Below the pieces are notes generated by a model. That model worked only from the letters and a program-made list of their open reading frames with translations, had not been told where the DNA came from and searched no databases. Positions 24,059 through 37,069 of a DNA stretch of 64,000 nucleotides are shown here, piece after piece. Numbering within the stretch: position 1 is the first letter of the stretch; the number at the start of each line of letters is the position of its first letter. This stretch comes from Mobula hypostoma (Eukaryota). Made by a program: the position numbers and the translations under genes. The stretch covers positions 213,840,001 through 213,904,000 of the forward strand of contig NC_086097.1 of NCBI RefSeq assembly GCF_963921235.1, written 5' to 3'.

Positions 24059-26569
24059 TTTAATACTTATGTTAAAACCTTTCTTTGGAAGCTTAAAGTT
24101 GCCGGACAAAAATGGAGCTCGACAAAACTTCTCTACGTTACCCAGTGCCACAGGTTGCTACAATAAAAGGGAAGTACTGTTAAAATAGGGTATGAAATGA
24201 GTCACTGCATGGGGACACAATATTAAAGAGCTGATAGCCACTGTTGCTATTGGCATTTTGAAATATAACATGACAAGAAAGTATATTTTAATGATATATA
24301 AAAATCATCTGGGGGAATTTCCTGTATGTATTAGCCTCTCGTCTCTGTGGACGGCAGGAAAGCTTGTTCCTTCAGGAAAGTTCACTTCTAATTTTCTCAT
24401 TTCAACTCCAGATATCTATTTGCAGCACTGTGTTAGGGCAGTTAAAGTTTCAATCCTTTTTACAAATGTGAACAGCTATTCCAGGCTGACTTCGGTGCAT
24501 TACTGTGAGAGTACTTGCTGCATTACTGGAGGAGTTGGGATCTAAATTCAATGGTACAGAGTGAAAGAACTGTGGACCAAACCAGCACCCCAGGGGAGAA
24601 GCCTGGGGACAAGGCTGATGTTGACTTTGTTTACTTGTGCAATAAATCTTGGCAAGGTGTGAGCTCCATTTGGGAATCCCGACATAGAGAACCAGCCTGT
24701 CTCCTTCAGATGATGACTGATTGAAATCTTCTACCCACCCACATTTGTGTCTAGGTGCAGGGTAGGCAGATAGGAAAGGAATTCCCCCTCCTCCTTCCAC
24801 CACTGCAGGATTACTGTGGGACCAGAGGAGCATTTTTGACACATCCGGCCCTAAAATAAGAAAACAATTTAGAAGACCCGAGTTGTGGCACAAATTACAT
24901 TCCAGTAGTAGTCACTGAACGGCTGTCAGGAGCGGAAATCAATGATTACTTTTCCCCTTTTAGAGCTTGGTCTTGCTGGGGACAGCAGCACTGATGTCAC
25001 TACCTTGGCTGAAGTCTGCTGGCCCAGGCCTGCATAGGCTTCAGTTCAGTGATACTGGCAATACTTAGCTCAGCTTTACATTGGCCCTGGGTCACAGAGG
25101 GAGAAGCCTAATATTATTCTGAACAAGGAGGAAATTGGTATTTAACCTGCACAAATATCTCTAACACCGGGCCAGTCACATACCTAAATGAAAGCTGCAG
25201 GCTGTAAACTGTACAGGTAGCATATGTGGTTTAGATGCTGGAGATAAAGTTGATGCCTTAAAGTTAGCAGACACTTACGACAGTCTGTATTTATGGTGGG
25301 GGTGGGGAGCTGTTATCGTCAGAGGAACAGTGGCCAGGCTGCCCTGAAGGATGGGCTGAGGAGCTGTTGTCTGCTCAGGAATGGTGTGAGAAAGAAGTCT
25401 TGTATGAATGAGGTGCATTGAACTGAAACAGCAGTCAGCTGAAGGGCACTGGGAAAGCACTGAGCTCTGAACAGATGTAGTCTATAGATCTTAAGGGTTT
25501 AGTCGGTACAAAAGGAATGTTATCAGGTTCACTTATCAGGAAAGAAAAATATTAGCAAAGGAAACCCTAAGAAGGAAGTGAGCAGCAACTCACATGCACT
25601 TTGCAGCTGTTGTTCAAACCAACCCCCACACCCCCACCCCACCAACTGTGCCGGGCTGCGATTAATTCACTAATTGAATTTACTAATCTTTTAACATTTG
25701 CTGCTTCTTTGGAACACCAGTGTTAGCACGTACTGTACCAGAAAATATCCTGTCAGAGGAAAGTTCTATTAATCAACATAAAACATTTTAACATCCTTTT
25801 GTTAACATCACAAGGGATCTATTGTGAATGTGTGCTGTCAGTCTGCAAAAAGAAAAATGTGGTTCCACTGTGGAATCAAAAGGCCAAAGACAAAACGTCT
25901 AAAAATTAACATTAGCCAGAGAGTAATTCAAAACTGTAATTTAATCTTGTAGTTCAAATGACAATAATCAGCTTTGCTCTTGAGGTCCATGACATCATTT
26001 GAGCCCTTGACTAACATTACAAGCTTGTTGCTCATTATTATTTTCTATTTATAAAACAAAGATCATTTCAACATGCTGGAAAACACAAGCTCAATCTTTT
26101 TGACCTTTACCCCACGCCTCCAAAATGCCTGGTCTTTGGTTCTAAATATCAGGGAAAATTTGAGGGCAGAGAGCAGCATGTTAAGCAAGGTCTGTGTCTC
26201 TTTACGTAGCTTAGGCTTTCTGAAACTACTCTCAAGTGGTGGAGCAGGGTCAGCAGAGCAGTGTTAATGAGGTGGGTGGAAATGCTCCCTGTGCACTGCC
26301 TCTGTTTCCTGTGATTGCACTTTGAGGGCACCTAAGGCTAAGAAAAAAGATCGGAGGCCTGAGCACAGTTGCTTGGACTATACATTTCCTGGCTGGAGGG
26401 CAGGTTCTACACTGAAGCATGACTGTTTAATCATAATGGTCTATCAAATTTGAGTGAAGCTAAGCCTGGACAGGAGCAGGGTCTTTAAAGCAGCTGTGTT
26501 TGCACATGAGGACAAAGAGGTGGAGACTAGCCAGCAGAATGTAAGGACAGCAGTGAGAAAGGAGGAAGG

Positions 26570-26740
26570 CTTGCATTTGCATAGTGTCCTTTAAAAATTC
26601 AAATGTTTAGTGAGGAGTAGACATTGCCTCGGTTACTCAAGAGAGCTCTGCTTTTGTTTGGGTTTTTTAAATGTCCAACCAAAAGATGCCCCACCCCAGA
26701 TGGTACATCACTGTCCCAGTACTGCATTGAAGTGTTATCC
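26570..26740 (-). mobile_element. Old SINE remnant with Deu-domain-like core and L2-like tail
   Basis: ccaaaagatgcc..catcactgtcccagtactgcattgaagtgtta resembles the antisense DeuSINE core as recalled; cttgcatttgcatagtgtccttta resembles an antisense L2 tail. Confidence 0.4.
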
Positions 26741-28010
26741 AACAGAATAACTCTTCAACATTTAAAAGCCATCAGAAGGCAGCTAAAATGGCCATAAGGA
26801 GGGAAAAAACATAAATATGAAGGTAGGCTAGCCAATAATACCAAAGAGGATACAAAAGGTTTTCTAAGATACATAAAGAGTAAACGAGTGCAAGAGTATA
26901 GATATCAGACTGCTGAATAACCACGCTAGAGAGGTATTAATGGAAGACAAGGAAAGGGCAGATGAACTGAATAAGTATTTTGTATCATTCTTCACTGTGA
27001 AGACACTAGCAGTATGCCAGAACTTTGAGAGTATCAGTGGGGGAGGGGGGTGAATGTAGTTGCTATTACTAAGGAGAGTGTGCTTGGGAAGCTGAAAGCT
27101 CTGAAGGTAGATAAGTCACCTGGACTAGATGGACTACACCCCAGGATTCTGAAAGAGGTAGACTTAGCGGTAGCTGAGGCATTAGTAAAGATCTTTCAAG
27201 AATCATTAGATTCTGGCATGGTTTTGGAGGACTGTAAAATTGCAAATGTCACTCCATTCTGCAAGAAGGGAGGGAGGCAGAAGAAAGAGAATTATAGGCC
27301 ATTTAGCCTGACTGCAGTGATTGGGAAAATGCTAAGGTCAACAGTTACAGATGGAGTTCTGGGGTACTTGGAGACACATGATAAAATAGGCCAAAGTTAG
27401 CATGGTTTCCTTAAGGGACAATCTTGCTTAACAAATCTACTGGAAATCTTTGAGTAAATAACAAATGGGATAGGCAAAGGAGAATAGCTGGATTTTGAGT
27501 ACTTGGATTTTCAGAAGGCTTTTGACAAGGTGCCGCACATGAGGCTGCTTAGCAGAGCCCAAGGTATTACAGGAAAGATACTATCATGGATAGAGTCTTG
27601 GCTGATTGACAGGAGGGAAAGTGTGGGAATAAAGGGAGCCTTTTCTGATTGGTTGCCAGTGATCCACAGGGTTCAGTTTTGGGACTGTTTTTCTTTATGT
27701 TGTAAGTCAATGATTTTGATGGTGGAATTGATTACTTTGTGGCCAAGTTTGCCGACAATATGATGATAGAATTAGAATCAGGTTTAATATCACTGACATA
27801 CTTCAGTGAGGTAGTTGGGTATCAACTACAGTGAGACAGTGGTATAAGATAGTTGGAGGTGCAGGTAATGTTGAGGAAACAGGGAGGCTGCAGAAGGACT
27901 TAGATAAATGAGGAGAATGAGCAAAGAAATGGCAGATGGAATACAGTGGCAGGAAATGAATGGTCATGCACTTTGGTAGAAGGAATAAAAGTGCAGACTA
28001 TTTTCTAAAT

Positions 28011-28228
28011 AGCCGGCTGGTGGCGTAGTGTCATCAGTGCCAGACTTCGGAGCGAAGGCTCCCGAGTTCGAATCCAGCCAGCTCCCTTGCACGTTTTCCA
28101 TCCGTGCTAGGTTGAGCGTCGAGCTAGCAACTCAGCCTTGTAAAAATAAGAAAGCCTGCTAAAAGAAAGCAGTCATGACAGCGTCCCGATAGCTCCACTC
28201 GGAGTTAAGGGCTTTCTTCTTCTTCTTC
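28011..28228 (+). mobile_element. tRNA-derived SINE with RTE-related body and (CTT)n tail
   Basis: A box TGGCGTAGTG (28021), B box GAGTTCGAATCC (~28064), RTE-like ggttgagcgtcgagctagcaactcagccttgtaaaa, tail cttcttcttcttc; interrupts a CR1. Confidence 0.75.
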
Positions 28229-28377
28229 ATTCAAAAATCCAAGGTACAAAGGGACTTGTGAGTCCTCATGCAAGATTCCCTAAAGGTTAACTTACAGGTT
28301 GATTTAGTGGTGAGGAGAGCAAATACAATGTTAGCAATTATTTTGAGAGGACTAGAATATAAACTCAAGGATGTAAT

Positions 28378-29408
28378 GCAGTGACTAGTGGGGTACCACA
28401 AGGCTCAGTGCTGGAACCCCAGTTGTTTACAAAATATATTAATGACTTGGATGAGGGAATTAAATGCAGCATCTCCAAGTCTGCGGATGACACGAAGCTG
28501 GGCGGCAGTGTTAGCTGTGAGGAGGATGCTAAGAGGATGCAGGGTGACTTGGATAGGTTAGGTGAGTAGGCAAATTCATGGCAGATGCAATTTAATGTGG
28601 ATAAATGTGAAGTTATCCACTTTGGTGGCAAAAACAGGAAAACAGATTATTATCTGAATGGTGGCCGATTAGGAAAAGGGGAGGTGCAACGAGACCTGGG
28701 TGTCATTATACACCAGTCATTGAAAGTGGGCATGCAGGTACAGCAGGCGGTGAAAAAGGCGAACGGTATGCTGGCATTTATAGCAAGAGGATTCGAGTAC
28801 AGGAGCAGGGAGGTACTACTGCAGTTGTACAAGGCCTTGGTGAGCACATCTGGGGTATTGTGTGCAGTTTTAGTCCCCTAATCTGAGGAAAGACATCCTT
28901 GCCATAGAGGGAGTACAAAGAAGGTTCACCAGATTGATTCCTGGGATGGCAGGACTTTCATATGAAGAAAGACTGGATGAACTAGGCTTATACTCGTTGG
29001 AATTCAGAAGATTGAGGGGGGATCTGATTGAAACGTATAAAATCCTAAAGGGATTGGACAGGCTAAATGCAGGAAGATTGTTCCCAATGTTGGGGAAGTC
29101 TAGAACGAGGGGTCACAGTTTGAGGATAAAGGGAAAGCCTTTTAGGACCGAGATTAGGAAAAACTTCTTCACACAGAGAGTGGTGAATCTGTGGAATTCT
29201 CTGCCACAGGAAACAGTTGAGGCCAGTTCATTGGCTATATTTAAGAGGGAGTTAGATATGGCCCTTGTGGCTAAAGGGATCAGGGGGTATGGAGGGAAGG
29301 CTGGTGCAGGGTTCTGAGTTGGATGATCAGCCATGATCATACTGAATGGTGGTGCAGGCTCGAAGGGCCGAATGGCCTACTCCTGCACCTATTTTCTATG
29401 TTTCTATG
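28378..29408 (+). mobile_element. Young 5'-truncated CR1, same subfamily as 7053-8820
   Basis: Highly similar by eye to 7785-8820 including the 3'UTR and tail. Confidence 0.92.
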
Positions 29409-30526
29409 TTAAGGCATTATATTGCATTGGTGAGGCCTTGCTTGGGATCAGCTTTGAGCCCCATATCTAAGAAAGGACATAATGGCATTGGAGAGGGTTC
29501 AAAGGAGGTTCACAAAAATCATTCTAGGAATGAATGGCTTATCGTATGAGGAGCATTTGATTGCTCTGAGCTTGTATTCACTAGAATTTAGAAGAATGAA
29601 GGAGGATCTCATTAAAACCTATTGAATGCTGAAAGGCCCAAATAGAGTGGATGTGGAAAGGATGTTTCTTATATTGGGGGAGTTCAAGACCAGAGAGCAT
29701 AACTTCAGAAAAGAGGGATATCCACTTAGAATGGAGATTAGGAGTAATTTCTTTAGCAGAGGGTGGTGAATCTGTGGAATTCATTGCCAAAGGTGGCTGT
29801 TGAGGTCATGTCATTGGGAGTATTTAAGGGAGGAGGGAATAATAAATTCTTGATAAGCCAGATAAGCCAGGGCATGAAAGGTTATGGGTATCAGGCAGGA
29901 GAATGGTATTGAGAGAGAAATGGATCATCCATGGTGTGTTAGCAATAACCCACCACTACCACCTCTTAATTGCTTGTCTATCTTTAAATTAGCACATGGT
30001 TTATCCAATATTTGGTACTGAAAGAGCAACAATGTCCTCCAACTTCAAGAGGACAATATCTTCTTCAGACTTCTGTTTTCAGACTACTGATTTTATTCCT
30101 CTCCCAGGTGACTCTCTGAGCTGGAACTAGAATGTCTAAAACCTCAGAGTAGTGTTTAACCCCGAGGAGAAATTCTGACCACATGTTTGCGTCATTAAAC
30201 TTATGATTTAACAGAGAGTTTCTCTGCTTGCCTCTTGATTCCCTTCTCTCATTCACTGCATCTCTCTTTCCCTACTTCCCAGTTAGTGCAATCCCTTGAG
30301 TTTATAGGACTGCGATGCAAACATTTAAACTAGTAAGTGTTTGAGCCAGTCCTCTTTTGCTTGTTCTTTGACTTTCTTGAACAGATCTGCATGAACAGTC
30401 TCCTAACTTTACAAAAATTAATCAACATGCATTTTATATGTATAACATGTTCATGGACCATTCAGAAATCTGAAGGCAGAAGGGAAGAAGCTGTTTTAAA
30501 ATCAGTCATAAGACCATAAGACTATA

Positions 30527-31618
30527 GTGGGGGGAGTCTAGGACCAAAGGGCACAGCCTCAGAATTGAGGGACGTTCATTCAGAAGGAGATAAGAAAAAC
30601 TTCTTTAGCCAGATGGTGGTGAATCTGTGGAATTCTTGTCATTCAAGTACAATGCCCCAGTTAAGGTTTCTACTGCTATGCTGTGAGGTTTTTTTTTATT
30701 ATTTTAGCAGTTTCTGCAAAAGCAGTATGTCCTACTAGTAAGAATGTTTTGGCTTCGGCTTAGGGTAACGAGTCATGTTGTCCAATTTAGGAATGTTGTG
30801 TCAGGCAGTTAGGATTGTCTGGGTATGTTTTGTATCTCAGATTTCTCAAGGACAGGAGTTTGGTTTGGGTCATTCAGTGGGAGGTGCAGAGAAAAGAGCA
30901 CCACGAAAGTTGCCTGGAGGATCAAATCTGAAGGGAAGACCCTAGTGCGAGGAGCACTTTGTGAGACGAAAGATTCGAAGAAGGGAAGTTATACCTGTGA
31001 TTGGTGATGGGAATCCAGCACTGTGAGTACGGTGATACAGCTGCTTCTATAGAAACAAGCTCCAATGTTTATGTGCACATTTGAACTGGTTAACTATAAA
31101 GGGCTCTCTTATATTTTTCCTTTTAAGTGTTTGATAAAGTTGGAAATTGGTAAATATAATTTTGTAATTTTATACTGGCATACGGTCTGACATTTCTTGG
31201 TGATGGATAATTGTGCGCGGGCAGGATTTACACAGCATTCGGTACAATCAACGTTCCTTAATTGGAACATCCCAACCTTCTGATTTGGTTGAACCTCAAA
31301 TCATTACCAACCCTAGATGTGTTTTGCTTATGTAAGATGGCATTCTCACTGCTGAGTCATGTGGCCATTAGCATTGTACACTAACGAGCCAAGTTAGTAT
31401 ACGAGCTCCGGTGAGAGAGTTGCACAAATTGTTGGGTATATTTAGAGAGGAGATGGATAGGTTCTTGATTAATCAGGGTGTCAAAGGTTATGGGGAGAAG
31501 GTAGGAGAATGTGGTTAAGAGGAATAATAAATCAGCCATGATGGAATGACTGAGCTGACTCGATGGGCTAAATGGCCTAATTCTGCTCTTATATCTCATG
31601 ATTTTATGGTCTTATGAT
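30527..31618 (+). mobile_element. CR1 3' end split by a solo LTR
   Basis: ggggagtctaggacc..gtgaatctgtggaatt before 30648, resuming ttgggtatattta..tcttatga after 31424. Confidence 0.7.
30648..31424. mobile_element. Probable solo LTR (~780 bp)
   Basis: Non-coding insert that cleanly interrupts a CR1; termini tacaa..ttgca (near-inverted, TG..CA-like); flanks caag/caaa fit a decayed 4-bp TSD. Confidence 0.55.
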
Positions 31619-31784
31619 CTAACATTTTGAAGTTCCTAAATTATTTGAAGAATGCTTACAATGCAGAAGTTATCTGAAAAATATTTTATTTACTGACTAA
31701 ATGGTGCTGGTGCACACAGGGAAATTAGACATTCCACATGCTTACAATACACAACAAAAAATACAGACCACAAGGCTAAATCTC

Positions 31785-32356
31785 TGGGTAAATTGATACA
31801 ACACATTGATGCAATCACAAAGAAGCCATGCCAGCAGCTCTACTTCATTAGGAGCTTCAGGAGATTTGGTATCTCACCAAAGACTCTTACAGATTTCAAT
31901 AAATGTACGGTGGGGTACATTCCGATTGGTTACATCACCACATGGTATGGAGGCTCCAAAGCACATGATCGCAGGAGGCTGCAGAGGGTTACGGACTCAT
32001 ATAGACCCATCATGGACACAACCCTTCCCACCACCAAGGATGTCTTCAAGAGCTGTCGCTTCAGGAAAGTGACATCCACCACTAAGTACTCTCACAATCC
32101 AGATCATGCCAGCTTCTCACTACTACCATTGGGGAGGAGGTACTGGAGCTGAATACCCACACTGAATGATTCAGAAGTAGCTTCTTCCAATTTCACATCA
32201 GATTCTGAATGGTTCATGAACCCATGAACATGTTATTCCTTTTTATTACATTATTTATTTATTTTGGTTTTCTTAATAGTAATTTTTATTTCTTTGATGC
32301 AAAACAACAAATACCATGTCAATATTTCAGGAATAATACATCTGATTCTGTTTCTG
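31785..32356 (+). mobile_element. Rex1/Babar LINE 3' fragment
   Basis: [35 protein letters not shown]; ctgattctg tail. Confidence 0.8.
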
Positions 32357-33258
32357 AAAGTAAGATATCTAAGCCAGAACTCTCTAGTTGCTTGTTTCCC
32401 CATAAAGAAACAAAATAAGTAATGTTATTTAAATCTATACTCTGAATCTTATGTTACATCATTTGGGGTGTCTTCTTCTCCATGAGATCGATTTCAGCCA
32501 GGTTGAGAAATCCAGCTGTTCTTCTGATTTACTGTGGTTCTGGGAGAGAATCCACTGTAAGTAATCCTGGAGGAAATCTGATTGTCAAGGAAAGCAGTGC
32601 TGCCACAGGGTTGTTAAGGCTGCACCACTAATGGAGAAAGCCATTAAAGGGCAGGAAGACCACAAGAATTCGAGCAAGGTCAGCTTCATTAATCCACATG
32701 GAGCACAAATACAATTTCCTTCCCTCCACAGGACAATATCACAATATGCCAAACCCAGCGTTTGATCTGATTTATCTTGGCTGGATGTTTTTTCTTATTT
32801 TTAGACGTTTCTGTAACACATTGAACAACCTCGTGCCTCAATGTAGCCAGTTTAAGTTTACAGAAGCGTACCTCTATTGTTGAAATAAAAAAATGAGCAG
32901 ATTTGTCACATCTTCTATTTATTTGATTTCTTTTTAGTTCTGCTGCTTTTGTCTCCTTCTCATGTCATATCTTGCCATTTAATCACCTCCTGTTCTCCAC
33001 CCAGACACGTCACAGCTCATTCTATTTCTTTTCTGCTCTGTCAGTGCTCTTCCCCTCCCCCTGCTCTTGTTGTGTCCCTTTTTGAGAGCTGCGCATCTGT
33101 GGCATCCACCAGTCAAGGCAAGGCCAAAAGCCTGAAATGGATTTTTGCTTGACCCGCTGACTGTTTCCATTGTTTCAGAGTGTTTCTGTTAGTTTCAGAA
33201 TCCAACTACCTGCAGGGGTTTCTTTGTGCTTACACCTTTATGTTACTATTAGAGTGGC

Positions 33259-33505
33259 TTTTTTTTAATTTAGAGATCCAGTACGGTAACAGACACTTCT
33301 GGCCCAATGAGCCCACACTGCTCAATTACACCCATATGATTTTTAACCTGCTAACCCCTACATCACTGGAAGGTGGGAGGAAACTGGAGCACCTGGAGGA
33401 AACCCATGAAGACATGAGGAGAATGTATAATCTCCTTGAAGACAGTGGTGGGAATTGAACTCGAGTCACTGGTGCTGTCATAGTGTTTCACTAACTGCTA
33501 TGCTA
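33259..33505 (-). mobile_element. tRNA-derived V-SINE (HE1-like) with CR1-type tail
   Basis: On minus: A-box-like tagcatagcagttag, B box gagttcaattccc, core gggtttcctccaggtgctccagtttcctcccac. Confidence 0.75.
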
Positions 33506-34037
33506 TGATGGAAACATTTCATATGTCACTATTATGTTTTGTAACTCCTGAAACACACAAGAGCCCAGGATAATGTATCTACCTAGTTTTACTTTTACAG
33601 AGGTATTCACATATGAAGCAGTGACATTATGATGTAAGCCATTCACGTACTTTTACATATGACTCATAATGAATTATGTAACAAACAAAGAATGCTCAAA
33701 CAATATATTTACAATATTATTGAAATATTAAAAACACTGTACTCCATCCAGCTTATCTATAAACTCCAACTCAATATAAAATGCATCTCAACTAAAATAT
33801 ACACGCAGTAAACTATATAACTACTATATAGACATTCGCAGCATAGTCAATTTTTAAATTGTCCCATTCAATATGGAGGATTTCTTACTCTTGTAGGATA
33901 ACTTCTTTCTGGATGGTGGTGGTGGGGTGGTTGCTCTGCTTGGCAGGCGAGACGTGTGGCTGTGAAACAATCTCAGGTTCTGGGGCCTCCACTGTGGTGG
34001 TTGTAGGAGTTAATTCTGGGTCTGCAGGAAGTGGTTC

Positions 34038-37000
34038 TGTAGGTTTTTGCAAATAAGATAAAGTGACGTGTTTTATGTTTAATGAAACCCGCAGCACATT
34101 TTATTGAACTCGAAACCTAAACACAAAAGCATGCTAAAAATCCTTACGCACAAAGTCATCACGTCAGATCAGCCTCTCAAAGCAAAAACCCAACTCAGTG
34201 TCAGTGGGTTGAGAATTATATACATTTCTCCCAATTACGTTACCCTACACAGGCCTCTCAGAATTCACTAAAACCGGCATCTGCGGAGATGCAAAGGCTG
34301 AGAAAGTCAACGGTTGGCAACCCAAACTGGCATTTAAAAGGGTTAATAATCAACCCTTATTGGCGTAAGCACTCGAAAAGTGTGCGGAGATGAGATGTGT
34401 GTTCAGATTTGGATGTACTAGCAACAAGTATGTTTTTTCTCCTCATCTCTGTTTTAAATGGATACCCTCTAGTTCTAAGACTGTGGCCTCTTGTCCTGGT
34501 CTCACCCACCAAGGGAAACAGCCTTTCCACATCTATTCTGTCCAACCCTTTCAACATTCAAAATGTTTCTATGAGATCCCCTCTCATTCTTCTATACTCT
34601 AATGAACACAGTCCAACAGCCGACAAACACTCCTCATATGTTAGCCCCTGCATTCCAGGAATCATCCTCTTAAATCTTCTCTGAACTCTCTCCAACATCA
34701 GAACATCCCTTCTAAGATAGGGGGCCCAAAACTGCACACAGTATTCCATATGAGGTCGCACCAGTGCCCCATAGAGCCTCGTCAACATCTCCTTACTCTT
34801 ATACACTATTCCTCTTGAAATGAATGCCAACATAGCATTCGCTTTCCTTACCGCCAATCCAACCTGGTGGTTAACCTTTAGAGTATCCTGCATGAGGACC
34901 CCCAAGTCCCTTTGCACTTCTGATTTTTGAATTTTCTCCCCATCTAAATAATAATCTGCCCAATTATTTCTTCTTCCAAAATGTACAACCATACATTTCT
35001 CAACATTGTATTTCATCTGCCATTTCTTTGCCCACTCTCCTAAACTGACCAAGTTTCTCTGCAACCTTTCTGTTTCTTCAACACTTCCTGCTCCTCCACC
35101 TATCTTGGTGTCATCTGCAAATTTAGCCACAAAACCATTTAATCCATAATCTAAATCATCGATATACATTGTAAAAAGAAGCGGTCCCAACACCGACCTC
35201 TGTGGAACACCACTAGTAACCGGCAACCAATCAGAATAGGATCCCTTTATTCCCACCCTTTGTTTTCTGCCTATCAGCCAATGATCCATCCATTCCAATA
35301 TCTTTCCTGAGGCAGGATCTTCCCTTCTTGAAACCATGCTGGCTTGGGCCTATCTTGTCAAGCACCTCGAGGTATTTCATAACCTCATCCTTGAGGATCG
35401 ACTCCAATAACTTTCCAACTACCGATGTCAGACTAATAGGTCTGTAATTTTCTTTTTGCTGCTTCCCTCCTTTCTTAAACAGCGGAACTACATTTGTGAC
35501 CTTCCAGTCCTCCGGAACCGTGCCAGAGTCTAAATGATTCCTGGAAGATCATTTCCAATGCCTCCACAATCTCCAAAGCCACCTCCTTCAGAACCCGTGG
35601 GTGCACCTCATCCAGTCCGGGAGACTTATCTATTCTTAGACCATTTAGCTTCCCAAGCACTTTCTCTCTAGTAATCTTGACTGTACCTAATTCTATTCCC
35701 TGAGACCTCAGTTGTGGGAATGCGGTATTCAACTCCATGTTTTGTGACTGTTGTGGAGAAAGTGGGCATGGTGAGATTTAGGAATTCTCTCAGCAGTAGA
35801 GTAAACTCACGTAAGGTGTTGTATGCATTTGACAGAGTGGGGAACTTACTGGTGGAGCAGGGTGATGACTAAAGGTCCTTGACATCCAGAAGCCAGTAAT
35901 TCTTAAGATCAACTAATAGTTCTTGGGCACACAGGGAGACTGCATTGAGTTGAGGTCCAGCCACTTTAGCCAGGACGGAGTCCCATGTGTGACGTCACCC
36001 ACCGAAGTAGAGCATCGTCTGTCGTGTTCATAAGTCTGGATCTCGCTGCTGTTGGTGGCCTCCAGCGAGGTTCCGTTGTTCTTTGCCTTTTCATCAATAG
36101 GTGATGCCAGCAGCACACTCATGTCACATAAGAAGCGTCACCCTGAAAGGGTGTCCGTAACAAACAGTAGATGACCCTGGCAGCTGAAGGCCATGGTGTT
36201 TGCAGACCTCTGATGTCCCAATGCATTAGCACTGTAGAAGCTGCAAGGTGGTCAACTCATCCTTGTGTTCATACCGAAGTGAGCATGGTGAAAGCACAGA
36301 CCCAACGTCATCAGTTTCGCAGCCATGGGCATCCTTATGCTGGGGACCTGGCTGGGGTAGAGGTCGAGAAAGGAGGAGGAATGATGCACCACTGCTTAGC
36401 TGACTGTAGACTATCAGCCATTTTAGACAGCTCCCTAAAGTCCTTCCCGGGTGTATTGGCGAGGGCTATGCAAACTTGATCAAGTATTTGCTTCATGAAG
36501 AGTTCTTTAAAAATAAAACAAGGATGGTGATTTCCCAGGAGAGACAGCATGTGGTCTATTAGCTCCGGAGGCCTAGCATCGCGAAGACTGGATAAGGAAA
36601 GCAACTGTTTGGCGGACTTAGACTCCAATAGTCCAAAAGTGAGTTTCCAGCGATCAGTATTTATTGTGTTCAGGCTGATGTTCAAGTAGACTCACCACTC
36701 TTACAGCCATGGAATTGCTGATTGATGCTACCATGTGGTAGAATTTTGAGTCATCGATGGAAATTTCTCGCAGGGGAACTGGGCCTCAGCTTGTACAACC
36801 AAGCGACGGCATTTTGTTCTGAAAACTCTAGCAGTTTCAACTCGACTGTGTTGGCCGACACGTTTCATAACTCTGGAATAATCCTAGAACTCCTGGGTCA
36901 CCAGTGGAGGTTTTCGCAAATAGAACAAAGTGATGAAGTGAGATGTTTTATTTTTAATGAAACCCACAACACATTTTATTGAACTTCAAAACCTAAACAT

Positions 37001-37069
37001 AAAGCAAACCCCAACTCAATGTCAATCACTGTGAATTATGTTCATTTCTCCCAATTACATTACCCTGCT
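34038..37069 (-). mobile_element. Gypsy LTR retrotransposon B nested in A
   Basis: LTRs at 34038-34249 (tgtagg..cctaca) and 36905-37069; PBS tggtgaccc on minus at 36895-36903 (tRNA-Trp-like); gag LKLLEFSEQNAVAW..QAEAQF and RPPELIDHMLSL; protease LFVTDTLSG; RT end ILVAS..HLRTLF..NPFKCQFG. Confidence 0.85.
34430..35700 (-). mobile_element. CR1 RT fragment inside Gypsy B, lacking both the 5' end and the 3' tail
   Basis: 259-aa ORF with GVPQRSVLGP, KFADDTK, LVRPHMEYCVQFW. Confidence 0.9.

Larger units (their letters stand above)
26765..29935 (+). mobile_element. Old CR1 ORF2 remnant hosting three later insertions
   Basis: KVDKSPGLDGLHPRILKE, NYRPFSLT, DFQKAFDKVPH; colinear across inserts at ~27765-27845, 28011-28228 and 28378-29408. 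Confidence 0.8.

Noticed and set aside
27807..27828. let-7-like tgaggtagtt
   Set aside because: Seed-only match and no pre-miRNA-length stem.
28011..28085. Possible tRNA gene
   Set aside because: Has A and B boxes but no convincing cloverleaf, runs into a SINE body and tail, and interrupts a CR1.
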